Positions 27,424-41,500 of a DNA stretch of 64,000 nucleotides are shown here, piece after piece; positions within the stretch are counted from its first letter, which is position 1, and each line of letters begins with the position of its first letter. The notes under the pieces are model-generated. The model did no database searches, had not been told where the DNA came from, and saw only the letters and a program-made list of their open reading frames with translations. The DNA is from Mytilus trossulus (lineage: Eukaryota). The DNA lies in assembly GCF_036588685.1 (NCBI RefSeq), contig NC_086373.1, positions 92,690,001 through 92,754,000 of the forward strand, written 5' to 3'. The translations under genes were made by a program, and so were the position numbers.

Positions 27424-30309
27424 CAACAGCAGTATGACCAAAGGAAAAAAAAGTTTATATACGCTAGATTCATAGAATTTTTGTTGTAAGCCATTCGTTT
27501 GATATATTATAATTATTATTATGGTAATAATTGCCTCTGTGATTGGATGAAAAAGCAATTGAATTTATATTTAAATAGGGCATGCTATGCACATGTTTGT
27601 CTGTAATCTATATAAATTTTGAGGTGAAAATGCAGCCATTTAAGTCAAAGGGTACACATCATCATAATTTCATGAACCTTAATCATTTCTACAGCACTTG
27701 TCTTCATACCCTGAGCTATGTTATTCTAAGAAGTAGATGCTGACACTCGGTTGCTTTTAATACGGATGCTATATGATACGAATTTGCGATAATAAACCAG
27801 AGGTGGTATGATGTAAATTATTGGAAGAAGACTGAAGAAGAATTGACGTTGGGTCGATGTTTTTCTGCTGTCAGTTTGATCCACTTTAGCATGCTAAACG
27901 AGTGAAGGCCCTTATATCCACATTGAAATGTGTTTAAATAACGGAATTAAAAGTTTTCAAATGTTTTTTGGCATCAAAACATTTCGATCGATGTTTCGAC
28001 AAAAACAATGCATTTATTATTTTTTTTTTATGAAAGCCGGTGGTACCGCATTTACCTGTACTCGTCCCTTAATGAGACATTAGACATATAATTATTGAGT
28101 ATTTGATATTCTATCACCTGTGTTTTATTTAACAAAACATCATCACTTGTCAATTATCCGACGGCTTGGCAGTCAAAATGACAACTTGCTCTGCATTTTA
28201 ATCAGTCATTCCCGATTTTTTCGATACTCTCGGGCTTTGACCACGTTTACGTACGTACATAGTAAACAGGTAAAAGTAGAGCTGAAAATGTTCTTTCATG
28301 AAATTTTCATGAATGAAACTGACGCAATCTGGCGTAGATTTCTTGTGATTTTCTCTTTATCGTATGGCAGCTCCGCGAAGTAGTGTTCTCATTTTCAAAA
28401 TGAAGTTAAATTCATCTGAATCGTCGGTGAATATTCAATTCTTTTTTATTAAAGCTGTGTCAAATAAGTAGTTACTCAAAATTTTAAAAGAACCTTCCAA
28501 GACACAGAATTCAAACACTAATACTAGTACTAAATTATCTCGGATCAGAATAAATGGCGATAATCTGTCACCATAAGTTTGAGGCCGATGGCTATGGAAA
28601 GCAGCAATAGCAAGCTATAGCAAACTTTCCAAAAACCAATAACTTCTTATTGTTGTAATAAAAATTATAATTCTTATATAGATATAATCAAACCATATTC
28701 TTTACTAATGGGTAGAGTGCATTTAAACTATAAAAACATAATAAAAATTGTATGTTGATGAAGATGTACTATACATAACTACACAAACAATGACATAAAG
28801 ACTATAGTTGAAATGCATCTTTATTTAAAAAAACAACAACCTATACAGTAAAAACTGGGACCCTGCCCCTTTTGAATTCTAGCTAGAGCTAGCTAGCTAA
28901 ATTGTGTTTATTGTTTTAAATATTTCATATATACACTTTTTCTTGTTTAACATTTGTTTTAATGATTGATTACAGATGTATATGTCCTTTTTATAGCATT
29001 AAACTAGTATGTTTTAAATGAATCCATTTTATAGAAATTGCCTGTTTATAGTTAGCGCCCTAAAATTGTTGTTCATCGCGCTTAACGTGCCCTCTGAGCT
29101 AACAATTACCCTGCCCTTTTTAAAAGCTGCAGGAAACACTATGTACATGTATGGGTATCATATTACTTACAGTATCAGAGAAAGTAAACTATCACAAAAA
29201 ATATACCATTGACTTATGAACCATGTACATGATGCAAGTGAGGTCTTACAATCAGTATTTTCAAAATATGTTGGTGATTGATTACAAATGTACATTTGGA
29301 CCTCAATATTGAAGAAACTAACCTATTAATTTATATCTAATGATCAATGATTAAACTTCAACTTTAACTGACCATTAATTATATTACTTATACAACCTAG
29401 ACCTACATGTACATGTACCTAGCAAATTAAATGAAAACTAAGTTAATCATCAAAAATTATCATTGACCAATTCAATGACCCATGAAAATTGAGGTCAAAG
29501 TAAGATAGTTACTCTGTACAACAGTTTGACTTGTACACAACGTGTATTTTGAATATATAAATTATTCTATGTATTTGTAGTACAAATAGTTTTGACTGTA
29601 AAATTGGAAAATATTGTAAGTATTCGATTTATTTGCCAGCGTCTGAAAAAAAATTGTATTGTGACCTACATGTATTTTAATTACTTACAAATGTGCATGT
29701 GAAACAGACCTCATCCCCTAAACATATATACATGTATAGATGATCATAATCACTGACCAATGAAATTAAATCGTCGATTGTTGCTTGATTTTAGTTGTGA
29801 CTGACAGTGGCACATATTTCACTTGTATTCAGGTCTTCAGGACAGGAAAATTTTGACAACTAATTATGATGATTCACATTAATTTTTTCCAAAAATAAAA
29901 GCAATGATAATTATTTCAGACCTCTGAAGATTCACAATTCACCTTATTTCTGTTCCCCAGCTGACACCAGAATCTGTCTCGCTTGAACTATTAACGTTGT
30001 ACAACAATAACTTTTCAAGTCTGGCGACAATTATTTTGTTTCATGAAGTAAGTTTTACGACAACCTGTGTGAGGTGCAGTAAAGGTGGACAATTACAATG
30101 TAGCATTAAGGTGAAGAAGGATATTTTGACAAATCACAGTAAAATTTTAATCAATTTGACACTTACGATAGCCGAAAAAATTATGGTTTCACGACTGACT
30201 GTAATGGTCTTTCCTTACCACATGAATATGTGTGACATGACAAGCGAGTGGTTTTCATGGGCATCATGTTAACTATTCAAGTTCATGCTTTTTCAGGCAT
30301 GCCTCATAT

Positions 30310-30603
30310 GAGGGTGGTAATGGGGGTACCTTTATGCCGAATAACGGTAAAAATTCTTGCCAAATGCGATTAACAGTAAATTTTGGTGCAATATGATAAA
30401 TTGTACACTCTCCTTTAGATGCTATAAAATCGAATGATTTTAACAAATCAAGTTAAATTTTTCCAAAAAATGACAGTAACGATAAATATTTCATAACGAA
30501 AAGAATATTTTGACTAATCACAGTAAAATTTTGACCAATTTGACACTAACGGTAGCTGAAAATGACCGTTTGATAACTGACGGTAAAGGGCGATACTGCC
30601 CTC
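30310..30603. mobile_element. MITE with GAGGG.GGTA termini; partial duplicate at about 30120-30205
   Basis: gagggtggta ... tactgccctc; termini related to 50242-51112. Confidence 0.55.
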
Positions 30604-31049
30604 ATCCATGTAGCTGCCTTATTTAAAGTGTGTTTATAGGCCTATTTTGACTATTCTATATTTAATTTGGTTTTTTATCATCTCAAAATTATAGCTGCTG
30701 GCATTTTATTTCTCATTTGTTAATAATGGATTGGAACCACTCTTAACATGACTATCCATGAAACAAATAATTTTTTTTGTAATTTGTATCTCCACATTTG
30801 ACCAAGTTCTCCCCTGAACCTGATTTACATGTACAGCTTTATTCATCCTGTTTTTTACAAATCAAACAACCAGTCAAAATTTATAATTAGAGTAATTTAA
30901 AGACACAAGGTGTATACAGCAACCCTACGACACAATGTTGGCCTATCTATACTTACATAATAAATATCAAATATGTAGTGAAGAGCTGTTTTTTATGAGT
31001 TATTTAACGTAAACATTGTCTTGTTGACCATTGATCACACGATCACAAT

Positions 31050-31135
31050 ATGTGCTGACGTCAGAGGTTTTTGCTATACGATTTATTTAGCGTTCTACGA
31101 CGGAAGTAGAAAAACCAATGTGTTTACATTGGAGA
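31050..31135. promoter_or_regulatory. Candidate promoter motif cluster: CRE (TGACGTCA 31056), ETS (CGGAAGT 31101), CCAAT/ATTGG (31115/31128)
   Basis: Motifs seen in a locally CpG-rich patch between the divergent genes. No TSS data. Confidence 0.35.
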
Positions 31136-31687
31136 TAAAAATCGATTGTGTATTCAGTTCAGGTAGGAATGCTCAAGGGACATTGATATATGGTATTTAT
31201 ACTTACAAAATGCAGGGATATCGATCAACACCAGTGGTACCGAGAAGTGATAATTAATTATGAACGTGAAGATTGCTGATTGTACCTAAGGGAAATAAAT
31301 TATTTAATATATATTCTTGGTAAGCTATAATTACCAGATAACATGTACTTTGCAAACTTTAAAAGTTGAGAAAAAATAAAACTCTTTAAAGTATAACTAA
31401 CAAAACTTTCTAGGTGACTGTCAACCTGAATAATTGGTAGAGATTTTGAGATTTTATAATGGCTAATGAATGAGGCTAAGGAAATAACAAATAATTACAA
31501 CAAAAGTTACAAATGAACTCATTTAAAAAAAATATTGTAAAAATGTTTATTCTATAAGTCATATTGCTTCTGAATAAAAAAATATTATTATTAATGTCCC
31601 CCTTTTGTATTGGTCTAATTCAATTTAATAGATAAACAACATTATACTTTTTTATATTATAAAGTTTTTTTAAAAGGGTAATACATA

Positions 31688-32442
31688 CCTGTATCTGTAG
31701 TGGTACGTGTAGAATCCTATTAAGGCTTTTATACACGGTGGAGAAGAGCGCCGTTGTTATGGGCGGTGTTCTTGTAGAGCGGTCTTAAATGCCTCTACAG
31801 AACCTGCATGCACAACTTTATCTGGTAGTTGGTTCCAGTGAATAGTTGTTTCCACAAAAAATGAATGTTTGTACTGTGGTTTGTTGCTATTTGGTACTTT
31901 CAGTCCTCTGGTGTTATTAATAACTTGACGTTCAATGATATTGTCAGTTTCACAGTTTAAGTAAGTTTTGGCTTTAATTGTTCGTTTCGGTCTTGCTGGT
32001 ATGACAAAATTGTCGGCTGGTAGAGCCGGCACCAGACCCTCAACCACCTTGTAAATCAGGATAAGACGGAGGCTGTGTCTTCTTTCCTCTAGCGTCTCCA
32101 TTTCAAGCTGGCGTCTCATATTAGTTATGGACCCTGTTTCCCGACTCCTGTAGTTTTTCTTTATGAATCGTAAGCCTCTGTTTTGGATACGTTCTAGTTT
32201 GTCAATATCCCCTTTCATATATGGGTTCCAGATTGTTGCGCCATATTCCATGGTTGATCTTACAAGGGATATATATGCTACTTTCCTACATGCTTCTGGT
32301 ACGTTCCTCAAGTTCCTCCGAAGAAAGCCCAAGGTGGCGTTGGCTTTCTTGCTGATGTTATTTATGTGGAAGCTCCATTTCAAATCGTTTGAGATTTGGA
32401 GTCCTAAGTAGGGGTTCACTTGTACTTCTTGTAGTACAGTGT
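31688..32442 (-). mobile_element. 5'-truncated LINE (CR1/L2-group): ORF2 C-terminus, short 3'UTR, (ATACAG) tail
   Basis: ORF 31757-32419: YLGLQISNDLKWSFHI..KANATLGFLRRN..LVRSTMEY..WNPY..LERIQ..SFF..WNQLP. No stops, so relatively young. Confidence 0.92.
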
Positions 32443-35017
32443 AAAGATTATTTTTTTAAAAACTAATAAGTTGTTTTCATTAAGGTGTGCCTACAAGTAG
32501 ATTGATAAAAGTTAAAAAAAAAAAAAATAAGTATGCTTCTTTTTTACAGGATATGTACATGTACATGTACTGTATATTATTTACAGGATGGCCCAATTAA
32601 AATATCTAAGCATTTATTTTTTTAAGATATTAATTTACTTACATTTAGTTTAAATTTATTGATATACATGTATGTTAAACTAAATAAGAAATAAAGGTTG
32701 AAAGAGATAGAATTTGTTTTTACAATATCTACACATTTGTCTGACAAGAAGTTATTAAAAAGTTTATTATTATCTATAATGATACTTTAAAATGGATAAA
32801 ACTCTTTGATAAGAAATTGGTTACACTATATATGTATACATGTATGTACAATGTGTATAGTGCTAAAGAATGTCCAGTTTTATAAAAAAAAATCTGTATG
32901 GTGTATCATTGTCTGGAAATAATGGAAAGAATATTTTATACTATTCAATTTTTATTTATGAGCATGCAGGGAACTTCAAGTTTTAAATGGTTTCAAAATA
33001 TAACATTTAAAAGCTTAAAACTTAATCCTCAATATCTTAGTTTTGTATGATTTAATTCTAAAATTAAAACAATGAAATCTCAAAAGTGTAAAAATTGTCA
33101 GGTTCCTATTATCATGATTATTTGAAATATAAAAAAAACTAAAATGTAAAAAAAAAATTAGCAAATACAATGTACATACATGTATTCATTAGGTGGGATT
33201 TAATTATTTTCATTTTTTAATCTACGAAGAACTGTCATAAAATGGTACTTGTATTTGATATTAATAGTTGTTTTTCAAGTTAGTATGGTCAACTGTAAAA
33301 ACATTTTGGTTTTCATAATGTTTGTTTAAAAATATATCACAAGTTAAATGACATAGTTTTTAACACTCTTTTTCATTCCTTTCAAGGTTGATTTGTAAAC
33401 GTATTGATATTATAATTTAAAAAACACTTAAAGGATTTGATTCATTTCAATGTTGCTTCTTAGGAGACACTTTGAAATGACAGTACATACATGTAAGTGA
33501 GCAGAGTTCAGATTAGCAAAATCACTAAAGGGAATATACCTATTTTTCTTCTGTAACTGGAATTTTGCAACATTTCTTCTCAGAGTATGCTTCAATGTTC
33601 AGATCATATATATATATGGAAATCAGAAGTCAACATTTTAATTTTAAGCTTTGCCTTTTGTTCATGTCAGAATGATTGTTCTGTGAGATTTTGAAATTAG
33701 AGATTTTCATAACTTTTAGTTGAAGTTTGTAAATAAAAGATTGCAAATGGGCATTTTTTTTCTGCATATTTTTTTTCTAATATGAATTAAAGGGGCATCA
33801 AAATTGAAATGTCAAATTCTTTTTTGGAACAGATATGACTCATATATATATATTGTATAACATGTTTCCAAATATGAAAAATATATAAGATAAACAATTA
33901 TCAATGCATACACTCGATAATATGTATCAGAATTTCCTGTGTATTTTAGTCTAAACGCTTTCTGATTAACCATCAATATGACCACTGAAGACTGTCAACA
34001 GTCATATAACCCCATATAAACATAAAAAAGAGAGCACATGCAATAAGATTTTTCTAGGTCTGTTTGATTTCATTTTACAGGTTAGAAAATATTTATTTAA
34101 TTAACATTTTATCTGTATAAGTAGGAATTTTGTGGATCAGAACAGTCAACCAATTGGTTCACCCTTTACTTTCAATGTTGACATTCTTTTCTTGTAGCTG
34201 AATACACCTAGTATATTTGTAACCTATCACTAGTGGAGGGGTAAAATTGAAGATCACTTAAATATGGATTCAATGACATGAATGAGGTTAATTGCAAAGG
34301 CAATAATACATCATGAATGTTTTTCAGCTCATGTTTATCAATTTGGGTCAAACTGATTGCTTAAAACGAAATTTTAATTCAAAATGTCTCTTTTATTTAT
34401 ACTTGAAGCAAAAAAAATGTATTTTAAATTTTTGTCTAAATTGAAGCTGAGGCTAATAATGTCTCATTAAGTTTTATACTCTGTAGTCTGTACATGTTTA
34501 AAACTCTCCTTTTTACTTCTTTTCTGATTATTTCCTCTAATAAACATGACTTTTCCTTTTTAGTTTAAATTGTGAATAATTGAAAAAAATCTTATCAAAT
34601 TACGTAATGCAATATAAATTCTATCAATCTTCTCTACATGTCTTTAAAGTTTCAGAATTGAAAAATCTGTGAATTTCACCAAAAAAAAGTATAGATTAAT
34701 TTGGAACCCTTCATACACCAAGCGTAATTTTATCTTCAATTAATGCAAATTTGATTAAAGAAATGTACGTCTTATCCTAGGAGACCAAGATGCCTGATAA
34801 AAAAGAAATCTTCAAACAGTGAATATGGATTTAAAGTATAAACAAAAGATTTGATTAGTATATGACTCAGTCTTAACTTGGATATCAACCAAGTTTCAGT
34901 TTTGGTTATATCATCGACCACAAAGTTATTTTAATTTCGTTTCAAATTTGATATTACATGCAATGGATTATGATTTATAATAGGAAAAGTCTTTAATATT
35001 TTTCTTCTAGTAAGATC

Positions 35018-35522
35018 ATGGATGATCAGCTAAGAACACCATCTCCTGGATGGGGATCTGGATCAAGGACTCCATCACCAGCATCCAGAACTCCTTCTCC
35101 CTCCGCTCGTCATAGAACTCCATCGCCACCATTCAGAGGACACAAAACACACAGTGTCATCAGACCTCACTCCTCTAAGCCAAAAAAGCAAATAAATTCC
35201 ACCGAGGATGAGGTGCCAGTCAGACATATGCCAAATTTACGCAGGCCATGGACAGCACATGTTAAATCCTCTCAGTCACAAAAAGTCGCAAGAAAAACTT
35301 CAAAGAAAATTTCTCGCAAGACTCCAACTAGAACAGAAATTTCATTTGAAACAAAAAATGGGCCCACTCCAAGGAAAGAGAAATCTCCAAGATCCTCACC
35401 AAAATCATTTTCTGGTGAACAGTTTATGCTTCGTACACCAATGTCAAAGCATAATGAAGAAAGTGATAGAGCAGAAACAAATCATACCACTTTGGATGGT
35501 GGTGTTAAAACACTTATGTCAG
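35018..35522 (+). CDS. LRR-EF gene coding exon 1 (low-complexity, RTPSP repeats)
   Basis: Acceptor ttctag at 35010, ATG at 35018, donor AG|GTAAT at 35522. Confidence 0.8.
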
Positions 35523-38500
35523 GTAATGAACTCTTTATTTGTTATTTAGGGTCATTATTATTAAAATGTTTATTATACACATGTTTATCTGTAATCAGTG
35601 TCTGGTTTTTTTATTTACTAGTAAAAAATTCTAATATATATGGATAAAGAAATTTTAAAAGCTGATTTTTGATACAAGGTACATGTTTATGACTTTATGG
35701 ATTATGGTTTAATCTGTTTACTTGTTAGATAATGGAGTTAAGGTCCTATGTCTTTTAACTTTCATATTTATTCAGTTTCATGCAAGTTTTGTAAAGGTTT
35801 AAGATATTAATTACTGTGACTTGACTACAAGTGTTGCTCTCTACCACTTGCTGTTTATTCAAATTCTGACCAAATATCAATTTGTTTTACCAAAGCAATT
35901 TGTTCAACTGGTAAGAAATTATAGTGAACTGCTATAGAAAACAACAGTCATGTCAACTAATTACAATCCTTTAAGACTTTAATTCCACTTAATTGTTGGT
36001 ATTATGAAATTCACAATGAAGTAAAAGTTTAAAAACATATTGTTATTGTAAATAGTTATTCGAAACAGTGAGAGGCAATCCTTTTTGAACAGCAGTTGAT
36101 TAAAATAATGAGTTAATTTAACATGACTAAATCAAATAGTATTTATAAATAATTAAATTTTTGTTTTAATAATCTCTCAACTCTCTGCAACTTATACATA
36201 TAGAAGTATCAATACTGATTGCCATTACAATATAATGTAATTGTGTTTGTGCAAATAAATATTGTCTAAAAAAAAGAAATATTGCCTATTCTTTTGTATA
36301 GAATTGTCTAAAAAAGTAAATGTGTTGTAACATATGCACTTAAAAACTTAAGACTTAAAAGTACTGTTTATTGAAACCTTCGACTGCTACATTTACTTGT
36401 TTTCATTGTTTAAATGTCATATCACTTTCAAGTCTACGATTATGTGCCTTTCCTTATTGAATTTAGTTGATATATTAAGTATCTTATGGACTTCTTTCAT
36501 ATTACAAGTGCCATATATTAATATTTACTCTGCTATAAATCTAGTCAATATTGATATTAAGAAATGAACACTATCAAATCTGTCCTCTTAAACTTCTTAT
36601 AACCAAGGATGTCTTCTGAGGGTCAGGTTTTCTTTTAATTTCATTATTAAAGTATGTGTAGCATACACTGTATTAGAAAGAATTCATGTCAGTATACATA
36701 CATTTTTTCCATATTTTCTTGACAAAAAAAATAAATCCTTGTTTTCAAAATTCCAATAGGGAACATACTAAAGTTTGAATAAATGTGTTTGCTTGAATGC
36801 TTAATTTTTAGCTCTAATATTATTGTTCTTTTATCAAAATAATCCTTTTCCTTGCAGAAGAAAACGAAAATGATGGAGAGAGTTGGGCGATCACAAATGG
36901 ATATGAAAATGGCACAGATGGAAGACAGAAGAAGAAACATCCAACATATGAATCCTGGTTAGCTGGGTCTCCACATGACTCAGACGAATATGATACAGAC
37001 TTAGAGGCTGATGTTCAAAAAGGTAATACATGAGGGGGAGTGTGATATAATTTAGAGTTTACCTTTTTTAGATTTAGTATTATTCATTTGATGCTAGTAT
37101 TCATTGCTGAATTTTGTTGACCCTTCATTTTAAAAGCTATAATAAATGTCCATTTTTGGTGAATATTTGTTGTTTGGAACAGTTTATATTTCAATTACAT
37201 GAGTCAGTCATACTTATTAAGTACAGTTCTTTGTTGCTTTATATTTTTACACTTCCCTGAAATAGAAGCATGATTTTTTTTATATAAAACATGTACAATT
37301 TGTATTCACATTACAGTGGATGAACTGAATGTATTAGATAATGATAAGACCATCTGTACAGTATAAGATCAGCAGTGTTTTGTTTAACTTCAGCCCACAT
37401 TTAATGTTTATTTGTATATCTGTATATTGGCTTAAGATGCATCAGTTATTATATATGTAGACTAAGTTAGATTGATTATTTTGTCCTTAAATAGCTTGTT
37501 ATATTTGTTTGTTTTTCCCTTTCAAACTCCCACAATTTAATATTAGTAGGTAGGCACATATTTGATACCAAATTTGTACCTTGAATATAGTTTTCTTTTG
37601 ACAATAGAGACAGTTCTTGTACAAGTTTGGGTTAGATTGGCCCTCAAATTGAGTTTTTTATTGATTTTTCTCTATATTTGCATTTTAAAATTTTGAATCT
37701 ATTTAGTTTATCTGGAAGTTAACCTTTACAATAGTAACATTGGTTGTATTATTAGCTATGGAAATATTGGTTAAAATAGTAAAAATTGCAATACATGTAC
37801 ATGTATAACTGAAACTTGACAATTTAATTCAAATAAGGGTAAAGAAATATTTAAAATCACAATGTTTTTGTGTTTATATAAATTTACTGGCAAATCATTT
37901 TGAATGACACATTTACACTACTATAAGTTAATTTAGCCGAAATTTCAAGTTTCTTAATATTTGCCAAGAAACTGACGAATCTTTCATATGAAGTCCCTTA
38001 AAAGATGTCTCAGTAAAATTGTGTCATAATGCCTAGGCTTATTCATACATTTTCTGGAAGTTTGTACTCTTAAGTTTAAAGAATAGTTATTATTCTGTTT
38101 TTTGGGTAAATTTGCAGGGCATAATATGCCCCTAAATTTACTATCAGGTTTCTGCTATGATTATTCCAGCTAATTGTTCTATTAATATATCAATAAGGTT
38201 TCTTGACAATAAACTAATAAGGAGTCATACAAAGGAAGTTTATGCCTTATATTGTAGTCTAAGCCTCTCAATCGTAAGATCATAATAGGTGAGAGATAAT
38301 TGGTATTTTCCAAAAAGAATGTTCGGAAATTCACAGGGCCAATGTAGACATGACATGTTGAAAAAGTTATTTATAGTAGATTTATTAACAATAAAATAAA
38401 ATTTATTAAAATTTAATCTTTCCATTTTAATGAGGTAAAATTTGATTATCGCAATCTTTCTTGACCGTGAGAAATTTCCTTTTAACCTCAATTGTTGGCA

Positions 38501-41500
38501 GAATATGCATCCACATTTAAGAATTAGGGTCAAACAAAATTCTGGCCAGAATTTCAGAGTCAATTATTAGCTTTTTGTTTCAATATAAGAAATGAAAATA
38601 TCTAAATATTATCATTTTGACAGCTATCCTGGATTTGGAAATAGAAGAAATTAAAAAGAATAGAAAAGGTTTAAAAAAGAAGTGCTTCTTGACTAGATTA
38701 AACAAAATAAAATGATGCTTGAACTACAAATTTGAATACCAATGGGAAATTACAGTTTTTGTTTATTATAGTTGTTTTTCTTTAATTTGGAGAGGGGGAG
38801 GTAATAACTGTGATAATTACAGTTACAATGATATGCTTTATCTTTTTCAATGTTTAATCTGTTATTTATTTGTGCTTAAAAATTTGAAAGCATTAAAGAA
38901 GTCTGTATTTGATTTCAAGCATCATTATAGCTAATATATTAAACTGATTTCAATGATTTGATTTTAACAGTGTGTAAATGAATTTTTTGTCATGAAAAAA
39001 AATTCTGCTTTAACAGTAATTCCTGTTATATGTGCATTAATGTTTTCACTCTTAATATATTTGTTGTGGTATTATTAATTTGGTTTATTTACACAACATT
39101 CTAATATGAGTTCTTCAAATTATTGCTTTGAGTACACATGCAGCAGTTGTAAAATATTACTGTATTGATGTCAGCTAATCACCAACATCATGGATTGTTA
39201 GGGTTGTTTCAATCTTACTCCTACTTATGAATGAGTTACTCAAGGTCAGATGGTGTTATTATCATAAGTCATTGAACAATGATGTAATTATAAAGAGCAT
39301 GAAAATTAATAACAGAAACATTTATTTTTTTTTAAACAAAAGGACGATTATTAATCAACCTTATCAAAACCTGTCTTAATATGTCATTGCAAACTGTTTA
39401 CTCGTGTTACTGATTCAGTTTTCTTTGTCTTTGATGTTAATTATATAATATTGTGTTCAATTAGAAGAACGGCAAACTATTCCCTTCTCCTAGAACACTT
39501 CTAAAAGAATTGCTGTCTTTGTCTTTTATATTAGTCTAAATATAGAAATAATTCATAGGGGCTTGAATTTATATTGATTTTTCAATTGGTTGCTCCTTCA
39601 TAATGCTGATATTTTACCCTTCGCATATCAGCAAACCAAATGGCCAACCTGTGGTAAAATCAATATAACTGCAAGCCCCCTTGAACTATTTCTTAAATAT
39701 ACAAATGTTTTGTGTATGGCTCAAATTTGAGAACTAACTTAATTTCCCAGACACTTTTAGAGTTGTGAACGGATTTTCATCATGTATTTACAATGATCGA
39801 CATATTTTGAATCCTGAAATTCATTGTGAATTTTGATTGATGAATATGGATTATTAAAAGACAGGAATATTTCACATAGCTTAATATAATACTAGTAAAT
39901 GGCTATTTATAAGTTTGATTGTTTTTTTAAGTGCAATTCAGCAATCTATGTGCACAACTCAATGTCTAGGAATAATTTTCAACATGTACATTCCAGACTA
40001 AAAAATTGAATATTAAAAAATATAAAACATTTATGACCAGACAGAGATACCACCTTTGTTTAAGAACTATAACATGATTCATTTACTAGATGCTTTATGA
40101 CAAATGTATCATTTAAACACTGCATCCAATGAAGCATATGATACCAGACAGATACATAAAGCACTGATAGTTGGAAGCTTTAATATGCAATAAGATACAT
40201 GTAGACATTAATGTTTCCAATGAAGCATATGATACCAGACAGATACTTAAAGCACTGATAGTTGGAAGCTTTAATATGCAATAAGATACATGTAGAAATT
40301 AATGTTTCGTTTGTTTTTTAATGGAAAAGAAAATATTTACATGTAGGAAGAGGTAAAACTACAGAGTAAGTATAAAAAATGCAAATTTTCTGCCTATTTG
40401 TTGAATGGAACATTTGATCAATCTCCCATAAAAATCCTCCAAAACAGCAACATTCCAGTCTGGAAATGACAAAAACTGATACCCATCGTTTGAGGTAAGT
40501 ACGCTGATGAGTTCCATAGAACATGAAATGTTTCTGTTTTCCTGTAAAAACGATTAATAGATGATTTAATTCACCATTTTGGGAAAAGCATTCTATCTTA
40601 GTTGTATAAAAAATAAAATATATTTCCTTAGTAAAAGAAGATTTTTTCTTGTAGTTGACGAAAAGAAAGAGTTGGACCCAACTGGAAAAACTGCATACAA
40701 TGAAGCTTGTGAGAAGACAGGTGAATTTTTTATTATAAACCCATAAAAACACTCATTTATCAAAAATCATGTTTGGTCAGATAATTTCTGGTTCCACAAG
40801 GTCACTAATTTATGCAAATACATGCAGCTGAACATTTTTTATAGTATACATAGCTTTAAACATATTTATTTATAGTGGATTGGGAAACATTTATTACAAC
40901 TTACATTACATGTAATATCTTTCCACTTTGCTGGTGGGAGGGCTGCCTTGTAGTGGCATTAGCCTGCTCTGATTCGAAATCTAAATGGGTGTCTATTACA
41001 TACAATAGATATTGCTCTCTCTTAACAAGGAGCAGCCATTTATCACCCCCTTTAGACAGACTATCATTGTTTCTCATTTTGTGTTGTGTTTATATTGTTA
41101 TTTTTATTATAGGATTGATACCAGTGACATATATGAATAAACATCTTGGTGATAAAAATCTGAGAATGAGACATCATTATTTGGGTGGAAATGGAACAAA
41201 GCCTATAGCAAGAGCACTGGAGGTAAAATTTATCATCAGTTGCGAGCAGAAAGCATGGACAAATATTGTTTCCCCAATACCTTCTGTATTTTAAGAATTA
41301 CAATGAATTCTTTCACCATTACAAACTGTTTGTTAATATAATAGAATCAACTATTTGCCAAAATGAGTGTTAATATAAAAAAGTTTAAAATATCAATTCT
41401 GTCAAATTGATCATTTAAAAATCAAATGTCACAACATTGTTTGGGTTTTTATAATTTGTTTTTATTAAAAAAAAAATTTACAGGACCCAGATCTGTTTAT

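Larger units (their letters stand above)
23580..29141. mobile_element. Candidate 5.6-kb composite TIR element (hAT-like termini) with nested HINE and SINE pieces
   Basis: tagtgtttcctacag ... ctgcaggaaacacta. The interrupted HINE-3 monomer resumes on the far side. No exact TSD. Confidence 0.55.

Noticed and set aside
27151-27558. 135-aa hydrophobic ORF
   Set aside because: It overlaps a degraded repeat, has a non-ATG start and shows no family motif.
40448-40500. Extra coding exon ending GAG|GTAAGT at 40494
   Set aside because: The phase-1 frame needed to join exon 3 contains TGA. It could only be a non-coding alternative first exon, which is unsupported.
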